Shown: positions 55,972 through 64,000 of the stretch, in pieces
Position numbering within the stretch: position 1 is the first letter of the stretch
How the letters are laid out: the number at the start of each line of letters is the position of its first letter
NCBI GenBank assembly: GCA_049363815.1
Contig: JBMQEM010000112.1
Coordinates: 100-64,099 of the forward strand
DNA length: 64,000 bases
Direction: 5' to 3'
Source: Bacteroidota bacterium
GTDB lineage: Bacteria > Bacteroidota > Bacteroidia > AKYH767-A > 2013-40CM-41-45
Program-made: the position numbers and the translations under genes
Notes under the pieces: model-generated
Seen by the model: only the letters and a program-made list of their open reading frames with translations
What the model was told of the DNA's origin: nothing
The model's database searches: none

Positions 55972-56838
55972 ATGGCAAGAATGATTCGTTCCGGACTTAT
56001 CCAGATGAGTTTACCTAAAACTGAAGGAGAAGGAACCATTCCGGAAATTATTGATGCAATGGTTCAGAAGCATATTCCGTTTATAGAAGAAGCAGGAAAA
56101 AAGGGAGTTCAAATCCTTTGTCTGCAGGAGATCTTCAACACACCTTATTTCTGCCCCGGACAAGACAAGAAATGGTATGAATCTGCAGAATCGGTTCCCG
56201 GCCCAACGACTGATCTAATGTCTGAATATGCAAAAAAATATAAGATGGTGATCATCGTACCTGTTTATGAAAAAGAGCAGGCCGGATTTTTATACAATAC
56301 TGCTGCGGTAATTGATGCAGATGGAACTTACCTGGGCAAGTATAGAAAAAACCACATTCCACACACTTCAGGATTCTGGGAAAAGTTTTTCTTCAAACCA
56401 GGCAATCTGGGTTACCCGGTATTTCAGACCAAGTATGCAAAGATCGGTGTTTACATTTGTTACGACAGGCATTTTCCGGATGGCGCACGTGTATTAGGTT
56501 TGAATGGTGCTGAGATCGTATACAATCCTTCCGCGACAGTTGCAGGATTATCACAATATCTTTGGAAGCTTGAACAACCTGCACATGCAGCAGCAAACGG
56601 ATACTTCATGGGTTGCATCAACCGTGTTGGTGAAGAGAAACCATGGAATCTTGGAAAGTTTTATGGAACCTCTTATTTTGTTGATCCAAGAGGACAGATC
56701 TTTGCCCAGGCTTCGGAAGATAAAGATGAATTACTGGTAGCAGATTTTGATCTTGATATGATTGAAGAAGTTCGCTCAACATGGCAATTCTTCCGTGATC
56801 GTCGTCCTGAGACATATGGTAAATTAGTTGAACTATAA
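55972..56838 (+). CDS. beta-ureidopropionase / N-carbamoyl-amino-acid amidohydrolase (CN-hydrolase family)
   Basis: Nitrilase-superfamily E-K-C triad context (LCLQEIF; YRKNHIP; VYICYDRHFPD). Located next to the dihydropyrimidinase. Confidence 0.8.
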   Translation: MARMIRSGLIQMSLPKTEGEGTIPEIIDAMVQKHIPFIEEAGKKGVQILCLQEIFNTPYFCPGQDKKWYESAESVPGPTTDLMSEYAKKYKMVIIVPVYEKEQAGFLYNTAAVIDADGTYLGKYRKNHIPHTSGFWEKFFFKPGNLGYPVFQTKYAKIGVYICYDRHFPDGARVLGLNGAEIVYNPSATVAGLSQYLWKLEQPAHAAANGYFMGCINRVGEEKPWNLGKFYGTSYFVDPRGQIFAQASEDKDELLVADFDLDMIEEVRSTWQFFRDRRPETYGKLVEL

Positions 56839-56843
56839 AATCG

Positions 56844-56913
56844 GTTTTCGTTTGTCGTTTTTCGGCTTTAGTAAATGCTGGTTCGAAAAACAAAAGAAGA
56901 TAAACGAAAATCG
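56844..56913 (+). other. T-heptad / A-heptad imperfect inverted repeat (intercistronic hairpin candidate)
   Basis: GGTTTTCGTTTGTCGTTTTTCGG (56844-56866) is complementary to CGAAAAAC..AAACGAAAA (56883-56913). The inner stem GTTTTTCG/CGAAAAAC is a perfect 8 bp. Confidence 0.5.
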
Positions 56914-56934
56914 AAAAATATAAACGATAAACGA

Positions 56935-58260
56935 ATGAGTGAATTCCTCCCTCCTTCCAGTGAATCTGAATTTGAAAATAATTTCAAGCAGATCAAACCA
57001 CTGATGAATGAAACCGAAGCATATTATGAAAGTTCACGTTGCCTTTTTTGCTACGACGCTCCTTGTGTAAATGCTTGTCCCAGCAGTATCGATATCCCAC
57101 TTTTCATACGTCAGATCAACAACAAGAATCCGCTGTCATCTGCGAAGACGATCTATGATTCCAACTATTTTGGTTATGCCTGTGGAAAAGTATGTCCGAC
57201 AGAAGTTTTATGCGAAGGTGCCTGTGTTTACAACCATCAGGATGTAAAGCCGATTGAGATTGGAAGATTGCAAAGCTTTGCAACAGACAAAGCGATCCGT
57301 TCTAACAAACAATTATACCGGCTGCCACCTTCAAACGGAAAAAAAGTTGCTATTATTGGTGCTGGCCCTTCAGGCATTTCCTGTGCCTGTGAATTAAAGA
57401 TGCTTGGATTCGAAGTTGATATATTTGAGTCAAAAGAAAAATCTTCCGGGTTAACTGTTTATGGTGTTGCACCATATAAGATCACCAATAAAGAAGCATT
57501 GGATGAAATGGATTATCTTGAAAATCAATTCAAGTATAAAGTACATTATAGCAAGCCGATAACTTCAAAATCACAAATAGAAGAGCTGGAAAAAAAGTAT
57601 GATGCAATTTTGATTGGATTTGGATTGGGTAAAACATCCATGATCAACATTCCGGGAGAAGACAAGGAAAATTGTTTCGGCGCAGTAGAGTTTGTTGAAA
57701 AATTGCGAATGACTCATCATAAAACCTCCGTTCCCAAAAACGTAATCGTATTAGGAGGAGGAAACACTGCTATGGATGCAGCATCTGAGAGTGCCCGTAT
57801 GGGAGCTGAGAAAGTTATCCTGGCATATCGTCGCAGCAAAGAAGATATGGGTGCTTATGATTTCGAATATGATCTTGCAAAAGGTGTTGGTGTAAAAGGC
57901 CTGTTCAATGTTTCTCCTTTGGAAATTCTTGGAAACGGAAAAGTAGCAGGAATAAAGTTTATCCGCACAAAGACTGTTAACGGAAAGCTTGAGAATATTG
58001 CCGGATCAGAATTTACTGAATCATGTGATTGGGTAATTAAAGCAACCGGACAATCTAAACAAATTGATTTGCTCAAAATGATGCAGGGGGTTTCAATTGA
58101 TTCAAAAGGAAAAATTGAAGTTGACAAGGAAACATTTCAAACTAAAAATCCAAAATATTTTGCTGCGGGCGATGCAGTGAGCGGCGGACAGGAAGTTGTA
58201 AATGCAGCAGCAGAAGGAAGAAAAGCTGCGAGGGGAATAAGTAAATATCTTTTAAAATAA
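56935..58260 (+). CDS. preT: NAD-dependent dihydropyrimidine dehydrogenase subunit PreT (GltD-like)
   Basis: CLFCYDAPCVNACPSSIDIP Fe-S motif and two dinucleotide folds (VAIIGAGPSG; VIVLGGGNTAMD). I prefer the ATG at 56935. Confidence 0.85.
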   Translation: MSEFLPPSSESEFENNFKQIKPLMNETEAYYESSRCLFCYDAPCVNACPSSIDIPLFIRQINNKNPLSSAKTIYDSNYFGYACGKVCPTEVLCEGACVYNHQDVKPIEIGRLQSFATDKAIRSNKQLYRLPPSNGKKVAIIGAGPSGISCACELKMLGFEVDIFESKEKSSGLTVYGVAPYKITNKEALDEMDYLENQFKYKVHYSKPITSKSQIEELEKKYDAILIGFGLGKTSMINIPGEDKENCFGAVEFVEKLRMTHHKTSVPKNVIVLGGGNTAMDAASESARMGAEKVILAYRRSKEDMGAYDFEYDLAKGVGVKGLFNVSPLEILGNGKVAGIKFIRTKTVNGKLENIAGSEFTESCDWVIKATGQSKQIDLLKMMQGVSIDSKGKIEVDKETFQTKNPKYFAAGDAVSGGQEVVNAAAEGRKAARGISKYLLK

Positions 58261-58282
58261 ACCAAGGCTTTCGCAACGTGCA

Positions 58283-58327
58283 AACCTGAAACCTGAAACA
58301 ATTAAAACAGGATTCAGTTTTCAGGTT
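58283..58327 (+). other. 15-bp-stem hairpin built from CAGGTTT heptads
   Basis: AACCTGAAACCTGAA (58283-58297) pairs with TTCAGTTTTCAGGTT (58313-58327) with one mismatch and a 15-nt loop. It sits between preT and preA. No U-tract follows. Confidence 0.7.
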
Positions 58328-58363
58328 TACAAGTTGCTAGTTGCATAAAAAATAAATAAAAAA

Positions 58364-59713
58364 ATGGCTGATCTTCGATCGAATTTAGCAGGAATAAAAT
58401 CTCCAAATCCTTTCTGGCTTGCTTCTGCACCACCAACGAACAGTGGTTATCAGATCATGAAAGCATTTGATGCCGGTTGGGGCGGTGCAGTCTGGAAAAC
58501 TCTGGGAGTTCCGGTTGTAAATGTTTCCAGTCGATATGGCGCTGTGAATTACCGGGATAACAGAATGGTCGGATTCAACAATATTGAATTGATCACAGAC
58601 CGTCCACTTGCTGATAATTTACGTGAGATAGAGGAAGTGAAAAAGAGATTTCCGGATCATGCAGTGATTGCATCACTGATGGTTGAAACCCGCGAACAAT
58701 GGCATCAGATCGTAAAGGATGCTGAGAATGCCGGTGCTGACGGACTTGAATTAAATTTCGGTTGTCCACATGGAATGTGTGAAAGAGGTATGGGTTCAGC
58801 CGTAGGACAGGAACCAAAGGTATTGAAGATGATAGTTGAATGGGTAAAAGAAGTTGCCAAGGTACCTGTCATCGTAAAACTTACACCAAATATTTCAGAC
58901 ATCACCAGACCGGCCATGGCTGCACGCGAAGGTGGTGGAGATGCTATATCACTTATCAATACGATCCAGAGTATTGTTGGTGTTGATATAGATAAATTCG
59001 TACCCTACCCTATTGTCGACGGTAAAAGTACTAATGGTGGGTATTGCGGTCCTGCTGTGAAGCCAATTGCAATGAACATGCTTAAAAATTGTGCTCAGCA
59101 TCCTAATATTAATTTGCCTATTTCCGGTATTGGTGGAATTGAAAACTGGCGTGATGCCGTTGAATTTATTTTACTTGGTGCAACTAACGTTCAGGTTTGT
59201 ACCGCGGTGATGCACTTCGGCTTTGGAATTATCAGGGAAATGAAGGCAGGTCTGGAGAATTATATGGATGAGAAAGGATTTAAAACCCTAGAGGACTTCA
59301 GAGGAAAAGCTTTACCGAATATTATGCATTGGGAAGATTTGAATCTAAAGTATAAGGTTGTTGCAAATATCAATGAAGAAAAATGTATTGGGTGTCAGTT
59401 ATGTTATACAGCATGTGAAGATGGCGCACACCAGGCTATCGGACTATCTTCTGATCCCCTGAATCGTATTCCACATATCATAGAAGAAAATTGTGTCGGT
59501 TGTAATTTATGTTCTCTGGTTTGCCCTGTCGAAGCTTGTATTGAAATGGAAAGACGCGATGACGGCAAACAAGAACTTACTTGGAAAGACAGAACACTTG
59601 CCGGCAATATACCGACAACTTTTGATGATGAATTAGCCGGCGGTAGACATCATTGGGTACCTGAACCGAAAGCGGCTTTGGTTACTCCGAAGCCGGTGCA
59701 TTATAAGGGGTAG
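58364..59713 (+). CDS. preA: dihydropyrimidine dehydrogenase subunit PreA (DHODH-like + 2x 4Fe-4S)
   Basis: LELNFGCPHGM and GIGGI FMN-barrel motifs. C-terminal CIGCQLCYTAC and CVGCNLCSLVCP ferredoxin motifs. Confidence 0.9.
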   Translation: MADLRSNLAGIKSPNPFWLASAPPTNSGYQIMKAFDAGWGGAVWKTLGVPVVNVSSRYGAVNYRDNRMVGFNNIELITDRPLADNLREIEEVKKRFPDHAVIASLMVETREQWHQIVKDAENAGADGLELNFGCPHGMCERGMGSAVGQEPKVLKMIVEWVKEVAKVPVIVKLTPNISDITRPAMAAREGGGDAISLINTIQSIVGVDIDKFVPYPIVDGKSTNGGYCGPAVKPIAMNMLKNCAQHPNINLPISGIGGIENWRDAVEFILLGATNVQVCTAVMHFGFGIIREMKAGLENYMDEKGFKTLEDFRGKALPNIMHWEDLNLKYKVVANINEEKCIGCQLCYTACEDGAHQAIGLSSDPLNRIPHIIEENCVGCNLCSLVCPVEACIEMERRDDGKQELTWKDRTLAGNIPTTFDDELAGGRHHWVPEPKAALVTPKPVHYKG

Positions 59714-59786
59714 CCGCAGGTTTCAGGTTGCTTTGTAGTTTGCTATTGAGCAATCTGAAATCTATTACCTCTTAAAATGCTATCCC

Positions 59787-59817
59787 AAAAAAAATCCGGC
59801 CACCACCAGTAACCGGA
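59787..59817 (-). terminator. rho-independent terminator candidate for the 59850-60281 gene
   Basis: On the minus strand: TCCGG-N13-CCGGA followed by T8, about 33 nt after the stop codon. Confidence 0.55.
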
Positions 59818-59849
59818 CTAATAAACCTGATAAACTAACAATCAATTTT

Positions 59850-60281
59850 TTAATACTCTTCCCGAGCAGTCTTTTGATTTTTATTCTGATCGATGATTAT
59901 TCTCAGACTCGTACTGATCACTAGCGCTGCTGAAAGGGCGATCACCCTTGACCACGAAATAGATTCTATATAGGATAATACTGGAGAAATTGCAGATGAC
60001 AAAGTGAAATCAAAAATTACACTAAGCAGAACCAATAAAGCAGATGTAATAAAATAGATTCTGAATTTTTTATAGTAAAGAATTTTTGGGATCAAAATTC
60101 CTGAATTGATTGCTCCAATTAAACCGGCTAGGATAGCAAGAAGTATCTTATCATCAGTTGAGTTCAGGAAATAATTTGTATACGATACATTATTGAACAA
60201 CTGAAATAATAAGACCGGTAAAAATACCAACCATGCGGTAAGGTGCAGAATAGCTGTCGCAGAACTATTGAAGCGATTCAT
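59850..60281 (-). CDS. hypothetical membrane protein
   Basis: Four hydrophobic helices. I prefer the ATG at 60281 (MNRFNSS...). Confidence 0.45.
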   Translation of the reverse strand: MNRFNSSATAILHLTAWLVFLPVLLFQLFNNVSYTNYFLNSTDDKILLAILAGLIGAINSGILIPKILYYKKFRIYFITSALLVLLSVIFDFTLSSAISPVLSYIESISWSRVIALSAALVISTSLRIIIDQNKNQKTAREEY

Positions 60282-60450
60282 TTTTATAAGACAATTAGGT
60301 ATAACAATGATACACATCTAAATTGGAAAAATTACACCCACTCTGCCGATTTTTTCAACTTGCGATAAAAACACAATTATCAGCGGTAAATTAAAACAAA
60401 AAGAAAGGCCCTTTCAATCAAGAAAGAGCCTTCTCGTCCAATCCAATTAA

Positions 60451-63400
60451 TTATTTAACCAAAATTAATCGACCATTTATCACCTTACTATTATTTGAAA
60501 TTCTATATAGGTAAATGCCAACAGGAAGTTCTCCTGCATTGAATTCAACATTATAACTGGATCCGGCTTCAATTGTACCGTTGAAGAGAGATGCAATTTT
60601 TACTCCTGACATTGAGTATATTTCAACTGATGTCATTCCTGAAAAATCAGGTGACATGAATTCAATTGTAGTTTTCGAATTGAAAGGATTCGGGTAAGCA
60701 TTTACAATAAATGCTGAATTATCTTTTTCTTCTTCCTGTTCATCCGAAAGTCTGTTACCACCAATACCGAAGTTTACATCTGTACAAGGAATCCTTGTGA
60801 CTGGTCCTGAATAAGAACCAACATAATCCCCGATTCCTGTACCTCTTGCACCAGCAACAGTATAGAGCTTATAATTCTCAGGGGACCCGGCCGGGTCGTT
60901 ATTTGCATAAATCGTTGTTGTATCTCCGTCAGCAGATTTTACTCCAAGCTGATTCATATCTGTATTAAATGAAGAATATACGGCAGCACTCCACTTCCAT
61001 TCCACATTTGTTACACCCGGGCGATTTGCAGTCCATACACCTTTCCATGTTATCGAAGAAAGGTTTCTCAAGATCGTGCTTGGGAGCAGGTGTGCATATC
61101 CGGAAATAAAATAATTGCCGGAAATATTTGGAGGAGCGATGGTCATCCATTCAATACCATTGAAAGTAGTAGTTGCGACAGTAACTGTATCCGTGATTAC
61201 TAGTTTTGAAATTTTAGGATTGAGATTAAAACGGGAGCTGGCAATATTCTGATCAGAGAACGTCAACATCAATGGGTATCCACCGGTGTAATTAACTTTC
61301 ACAACGGCACTGAACCAGATTGTTCTTCCAATTGCAATATCATTGTTATTAAAGCTTGCAACGATTCTGCTATAATCCGCTGCAGATTTTGTTACGGCAA
61401 TTGTAGTTGAGAGAACAGACATACATCCTCTTGCATCAGTAACCCTGACATTGTATGCACCTGCTCGCAATCCTGAAATGCTTGAAGTCGTCTGCCCTGT
61501 ATTCCATAGGTAAGTAAATGGTGCAACACCTCCAATTATAGTAGTAACAGCAGAACCCTGATATCCATTTGCGCAATTTCCTGCATAGCCTCTTACGGAA
61601 GCTTTCATTGGAGCAGAAACCACTCTTGTTGCAGTACTTGTACAGCCAGCTGAATTTTTAACTGTGACAGTATATGTTCCACCGGTTCTTACTGAAATAA
61701 ATTGTTTCGTTGAAGCAGTATTCCATTTATAAGTAAAACCTGGTGAAGCAGTAAGAGTTGTTGCACCTCCCGGACATATAAAATCGTTTCCTGAGATAGA
61801 ACTCATTGGTAATGTACTTTGTGTTACATTCACTGAAACAGATGCTGTACATCCGGCAGCATTTGTAACTCTGACAGTATACGTTCCGGCAACAGAAATC
61901 CTTGAGCATTGGGTAGTATCACCATTACTCCACAGATAAGATGACATACTACCGGTTGCACAAAGATTAGTTGATGAATCGGGACAATAAGAAAGATTTC
62001 CAGTTACGATAACTCTCGGCAAAGATGGATTCGCGACAACAGCAGTCACATTCAGCGTACATCCATTTGAGTCAGTAACTGTGACAACATAGGTACCTGC
62101 AGATAACCCAACAGCCATATTTGTAGTCTGAACCGGATTCGTATTCCATGAGAAAGTATATGGAGGTCTTCCACCACCGGGAGTAACTTTAGCTGTTCCT
62201 GTATTTGCAACGCATCCTGTCGGAGTAGTAACCATTGTACCTGTTACTCTTGTAGGTCCGGGAGTAATGATTGCAGATGCACTCTTGGTACAACCCTTGA
62301 AGTCTGTTACGGTGTAATTGTAAGTACCCGCAGTAAGATTTGTCCTTGGTGAACCACCATAGATATAAGGAGCAGTTCCTCCGGTGGCAGTCAAGGTCAC
62401 GCTTCCACGACCATTGAAACACAAAATCTGGTTTGCAGTTGCAGTCAAATTGAGTTGCGCCGGTGCAGGATCTATTATCACATCAACCGAATCTACGCAA
62501 CCGTTTGCATCGGTCAAAGTATAGAGATAACTACCTTCGACCAATCCGTTTGTTGATTGGTTGTTAAATGTGTATGGTGCAGTTCCGCCTGTAGGAGTTA
62601 ATGCCACCGAAGCGGTTCCACCGAAACACCTGATCTGAGTCACATTAGTGATCAATGTTGGCAATGCTCTTACAGTTACATTTGTTGTCACAATACTATC
62701 ACAGCCAAGATAATTTGCGTTTGGCAAAGTGGTAATAAAACTACCGGAAACAATTGGGTAAATGGTTGTATTATCTGGCATTAACAAGGCACTTGCTGCA
62801 CAAAGAACAACACTTCTTGAGCTTGTTGTATTTGTGATCACACTTAAGGTAGTTGTAATAACGCTGTCACATCCTGAAGAACTTGGAATAATACTGATAT
62901 AAGTTCCGGCAAGAGAAACTAAATTTCCATCTGGTAAAGTATAAGTATGACCACTGCAAATAGTAGCAGCAGCTGACGAATAAGTTGTTGCTGAAACGGA
63001 AACATTAGTTGTAATAGTAGAATCACAACCATTGGAGTTCAGTAAATGAGTCACATATACACCCGCTGTTGAAACGATAGTTCCATCAGAAAGAGTATAT
63101 GATGCTCCATTGCATATGGTCACATTATGAGTTGAAGATGTATTTTGAATTACAGTTAATGTAGTTGTTATAGTCGAATCGCATCCAATAGTATTTAAAA
63201 TATGACTTGTGTAGATTCCTGAAGTGTTAGCAGTAGAACCATCAGGCAGATTGAAAGTCTGTCCGGCACAAATTGAAGCGACCTGACTTGATGTTGAATT
63301 TGATAAAACCGTTACAATAGAAGTAACGACAGAATCACAACCACTATTGCTTTCAGTGTGTGAAATATAAGTTCCTGAAGAAGAAACTACAATTCCATCA

Positions 63401-64000
63401 GGAAGAGTGTAAGTTGAACCTGCGCAGATCGAAATGTTCTGACTAGAAGAAGTATTCGGAATAACTGTCAGATCAGTAGTAATTACAGAATCGCAACCGG
63501 AAGCATTTAAAATATGGCTGAAGTATATTCCGGAAACACCAGCCGCAGTTCCATCCGGTAATATATGTGTAGTTCCGTCACATATTGAAACCGATTGACT
63601 CGATGCCGAATTAGAAATCACTGTCAAATTTGTAGTAATAACAGAATCACAACCTACTCCAAGAGGAATTGTTGAAATATAAGTTCCGGAAGATGTTACA
63701 CTTGCTCCATCAGGAAGAATGAATGTGGATCCGTCACAGATAGAGACATTTTGTACAGAAGTCGCTCCTGTTAAAACGGTAAGTAAGGTCGTTACGATTG
63801 AATCACAACCAGCTGCATTTGAAATATGGGAAACATACGTTCCGGTAACAGTAGCAGTAGCACCGTCAGGTAAGGTATGAGTCGCACCATCACAGATCGA
63901 AACTGTTTGCGTCGAAGTAGAATTCGGAATCACCGTCAAATTCGTCGTGATCGTTGAATCACAACCAGCTGCGTTTGAAATATGAGAAACATATACTCCA
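60451..64000 (-). CDS. giant T9SS-secreted adhesin-like protein (5' end beyond the window): 52-aa Cys-pair repeats, SprB repeats, Ig-like repeats, T9SS CTD
   Basis: The ORF-track M at 63939 is an internal TTG (Leu). The frame stays open to nt 64000 (..GVYVSHISNAAGCDSTITTN|LTVIPN..). At least 8 repeats of SICDG.T..LPDG......G.Y.S......GCDS..TT.LTV. SprB-type C.GG....V..T..GG..PYTF units. A CTD (AYPNPFNSKTTIEF...GIYLYRISNN...LILVK). Confidence 0.85.
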   Translation of the reverse strand, partial: GVYVSHISNAAGCDSTITTNLTVIPNSTSTQTVSICDGATHTLPDGATATVTGTYVSHISNAAGCDSIVTTLLTVLTGATSVQNVSICDGSTFILPDGASVTSSGTYISTIPLGVGCDSVITTNLTVISNSASSQSVSICDGTTHILPDGTAAGVSGIYFSHILNASGCDSVITTDLTVIPNTSSSQNISICAGSTYTLPDGIVVSSSGTYISHTESNSGCDSVVTSIVTVLSNSTSSQVASICAGQTFNLPDGSTANTSGIYTSHILNTIGCDSTITTTLTVIQNTSSTHNVTICNGASYTLSDGTIVSTAGVYVTHLLNSNGCDSTITTNVSVSATTYSSAAATICSGHTYTLPDGNLVSLAGTYISIIPSSSGCDSVITTTLSVITNTTSSRSVVLCAASALLMPDNTTIYPIVSGSFITTLPNANYLGCDSIVTTNVTVRALPTLITNVTQIRCFGGTASVALTPTGGTAPYTFNNQSTNGLVEGSYLYTLTDANGCVDSVDVIIDPAPAQLNLTATANQILCFNGRGSVTLTATGGTAPYIYGGSPRTNLTAGTYNYTVTDFKGCTKSASAIITPGPTRVTGTMVTTPTGCVANTGTAKVTPGGGRPPYTFSWNTNPVQTTNMAVGLSAGTYVVTVTDSNGCTLNVTAVVANPSLPRVIVTGNLSYCPDSSTNLCATGSMSSYLWSNGDTTQCSRISVAGTYTVRVTNAAGCTASVSVNVTQSTLPMSSISGNDFICPGGATTLTASPGFTYKWNTASTKQFISVRTGGTYTVTVKNSAGCTSTATRVVSAPMKASVRGYAGNCANGYQGSAVTTIIGGVAPFTYLWNTGQTTSSISGLRAGAYNVRVTDARGCMSVLSTTIAVTKSAADYSRIVASFNNNDIAIGRTIWFSAVVKVNYTGGYPLMLTFSDQNIASSRFNLNPKISKLVITDTVTVATTTFNGIEWMTIAPPNISGNYFISGYAHLLPSTILRNLSSITWKGVWTANRPGVTNVEWKWSAAVYSSFNTDMNQLGVKSADGDTTTIYANNDPAGSPENYKLYTVAGARGTGIGDYVGSYSGPVTRIPCTDVNFGIGGNRLSDEQEEEKDNSAFIVNAYPNPFNSKTTIEFMSPDFSGMTSVEIYSMSGVKIASLFNGTIEAGSSYNVEFNAGELPVGIYLYRISNNSKVINGRLILVK
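62660..64000 (-). repeat. intragenic 156-bp tandem repeats (at least 8.5 copies) in the adhesin gene
   Basis: Protein period is exactly 52 aa (SICDG at residues 14, 66, 118, 170...). Neighbouring units share near-identical DNA stretches, for example 63797-63843 versus 63952-63999. Confidence 0.85.

Noticed and set aside
34100-59850. Reading the nucleobase island as a horizontally acquired genomic island or mobile element
   Set aside because: There is no integrase, transposase, tRNA attachment site, flanking direct repeat or obvious compositional break visible by eye. I treat it as chromosomal metabolic clustering.

Overview
The window looks like a chromosomal segment of a Bacteroidota genome. 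Support: three proteins with T9SS C-terminal sorting domains, a fused CcoN/CcoO oxidase subunit, and a Y_Y_Y-propeller LytS-type kinase paired with a LytTR regulator. I found no rRNA, tRNA, CRISPR array, transposase, integrase or phage genes. Gene content falls into five blocks. (1) 1-12 kb: a truncated VTC-domain gene, cdd, a DinB-like gene, waaA, and a LytS/LytTR pair sitting next to an uncharacterised cluster of YceI, Cys-His-motif lipoprotein and OB-fold genes. (2) 12-28 kb: a micro-oxic respiration block. It holds doxX, a tauE-like gene, fixH, ccoG, ccoP, ccoQ, ccoNO, ccoS (57 aa, absent from the ORF track) and ccoI, then an Omp85-family OMP, hemN and a tandem Usp. It ends with a PAS histidine kinase and an unusual REC + cNMP-binding + Crp-HTH hybrid regulator. 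(3) 28-34 kb: small membrane or stress proteins and two T9SS cargo proteins. (4) 34-60 kb: a combined purine and pyrimidine catabolic island. The purine genes are xdhAB, xdhC, membrane cytochrome-c urate oxidase puuD, uraH, uraD, allB and alc. The pyrimidine genes are an Fcy1-type cytosine deaminase, preT/preA, dihydropyrimidinase, beta-ureidopropionase, an omega-aminotransferase, mmsA and an NCS1 permease. Several unassigned genes are embedded in the island. (5) 60-64 kb: a giant T9SS adhesin built of 156-bp tandem repeats, running off the window. The leads I rate highest are: a 475-aa malate-synthase/CitE-like protein directly upstream of puuD, in a pathway with no recognisable ureidoglycolate or glyoxylate step; the FixL-like kinase plus REC-Crp hybrid, with a TTGA-N6-TCAA box upstream of ccoS; and a set of cytosine-free, 7- or 10-bp-periodic tandem tracts and CAGGTTT hairpins, most of them just 3' of stop codons. 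All functional calls come from reading motifs by eye. No database search was run.
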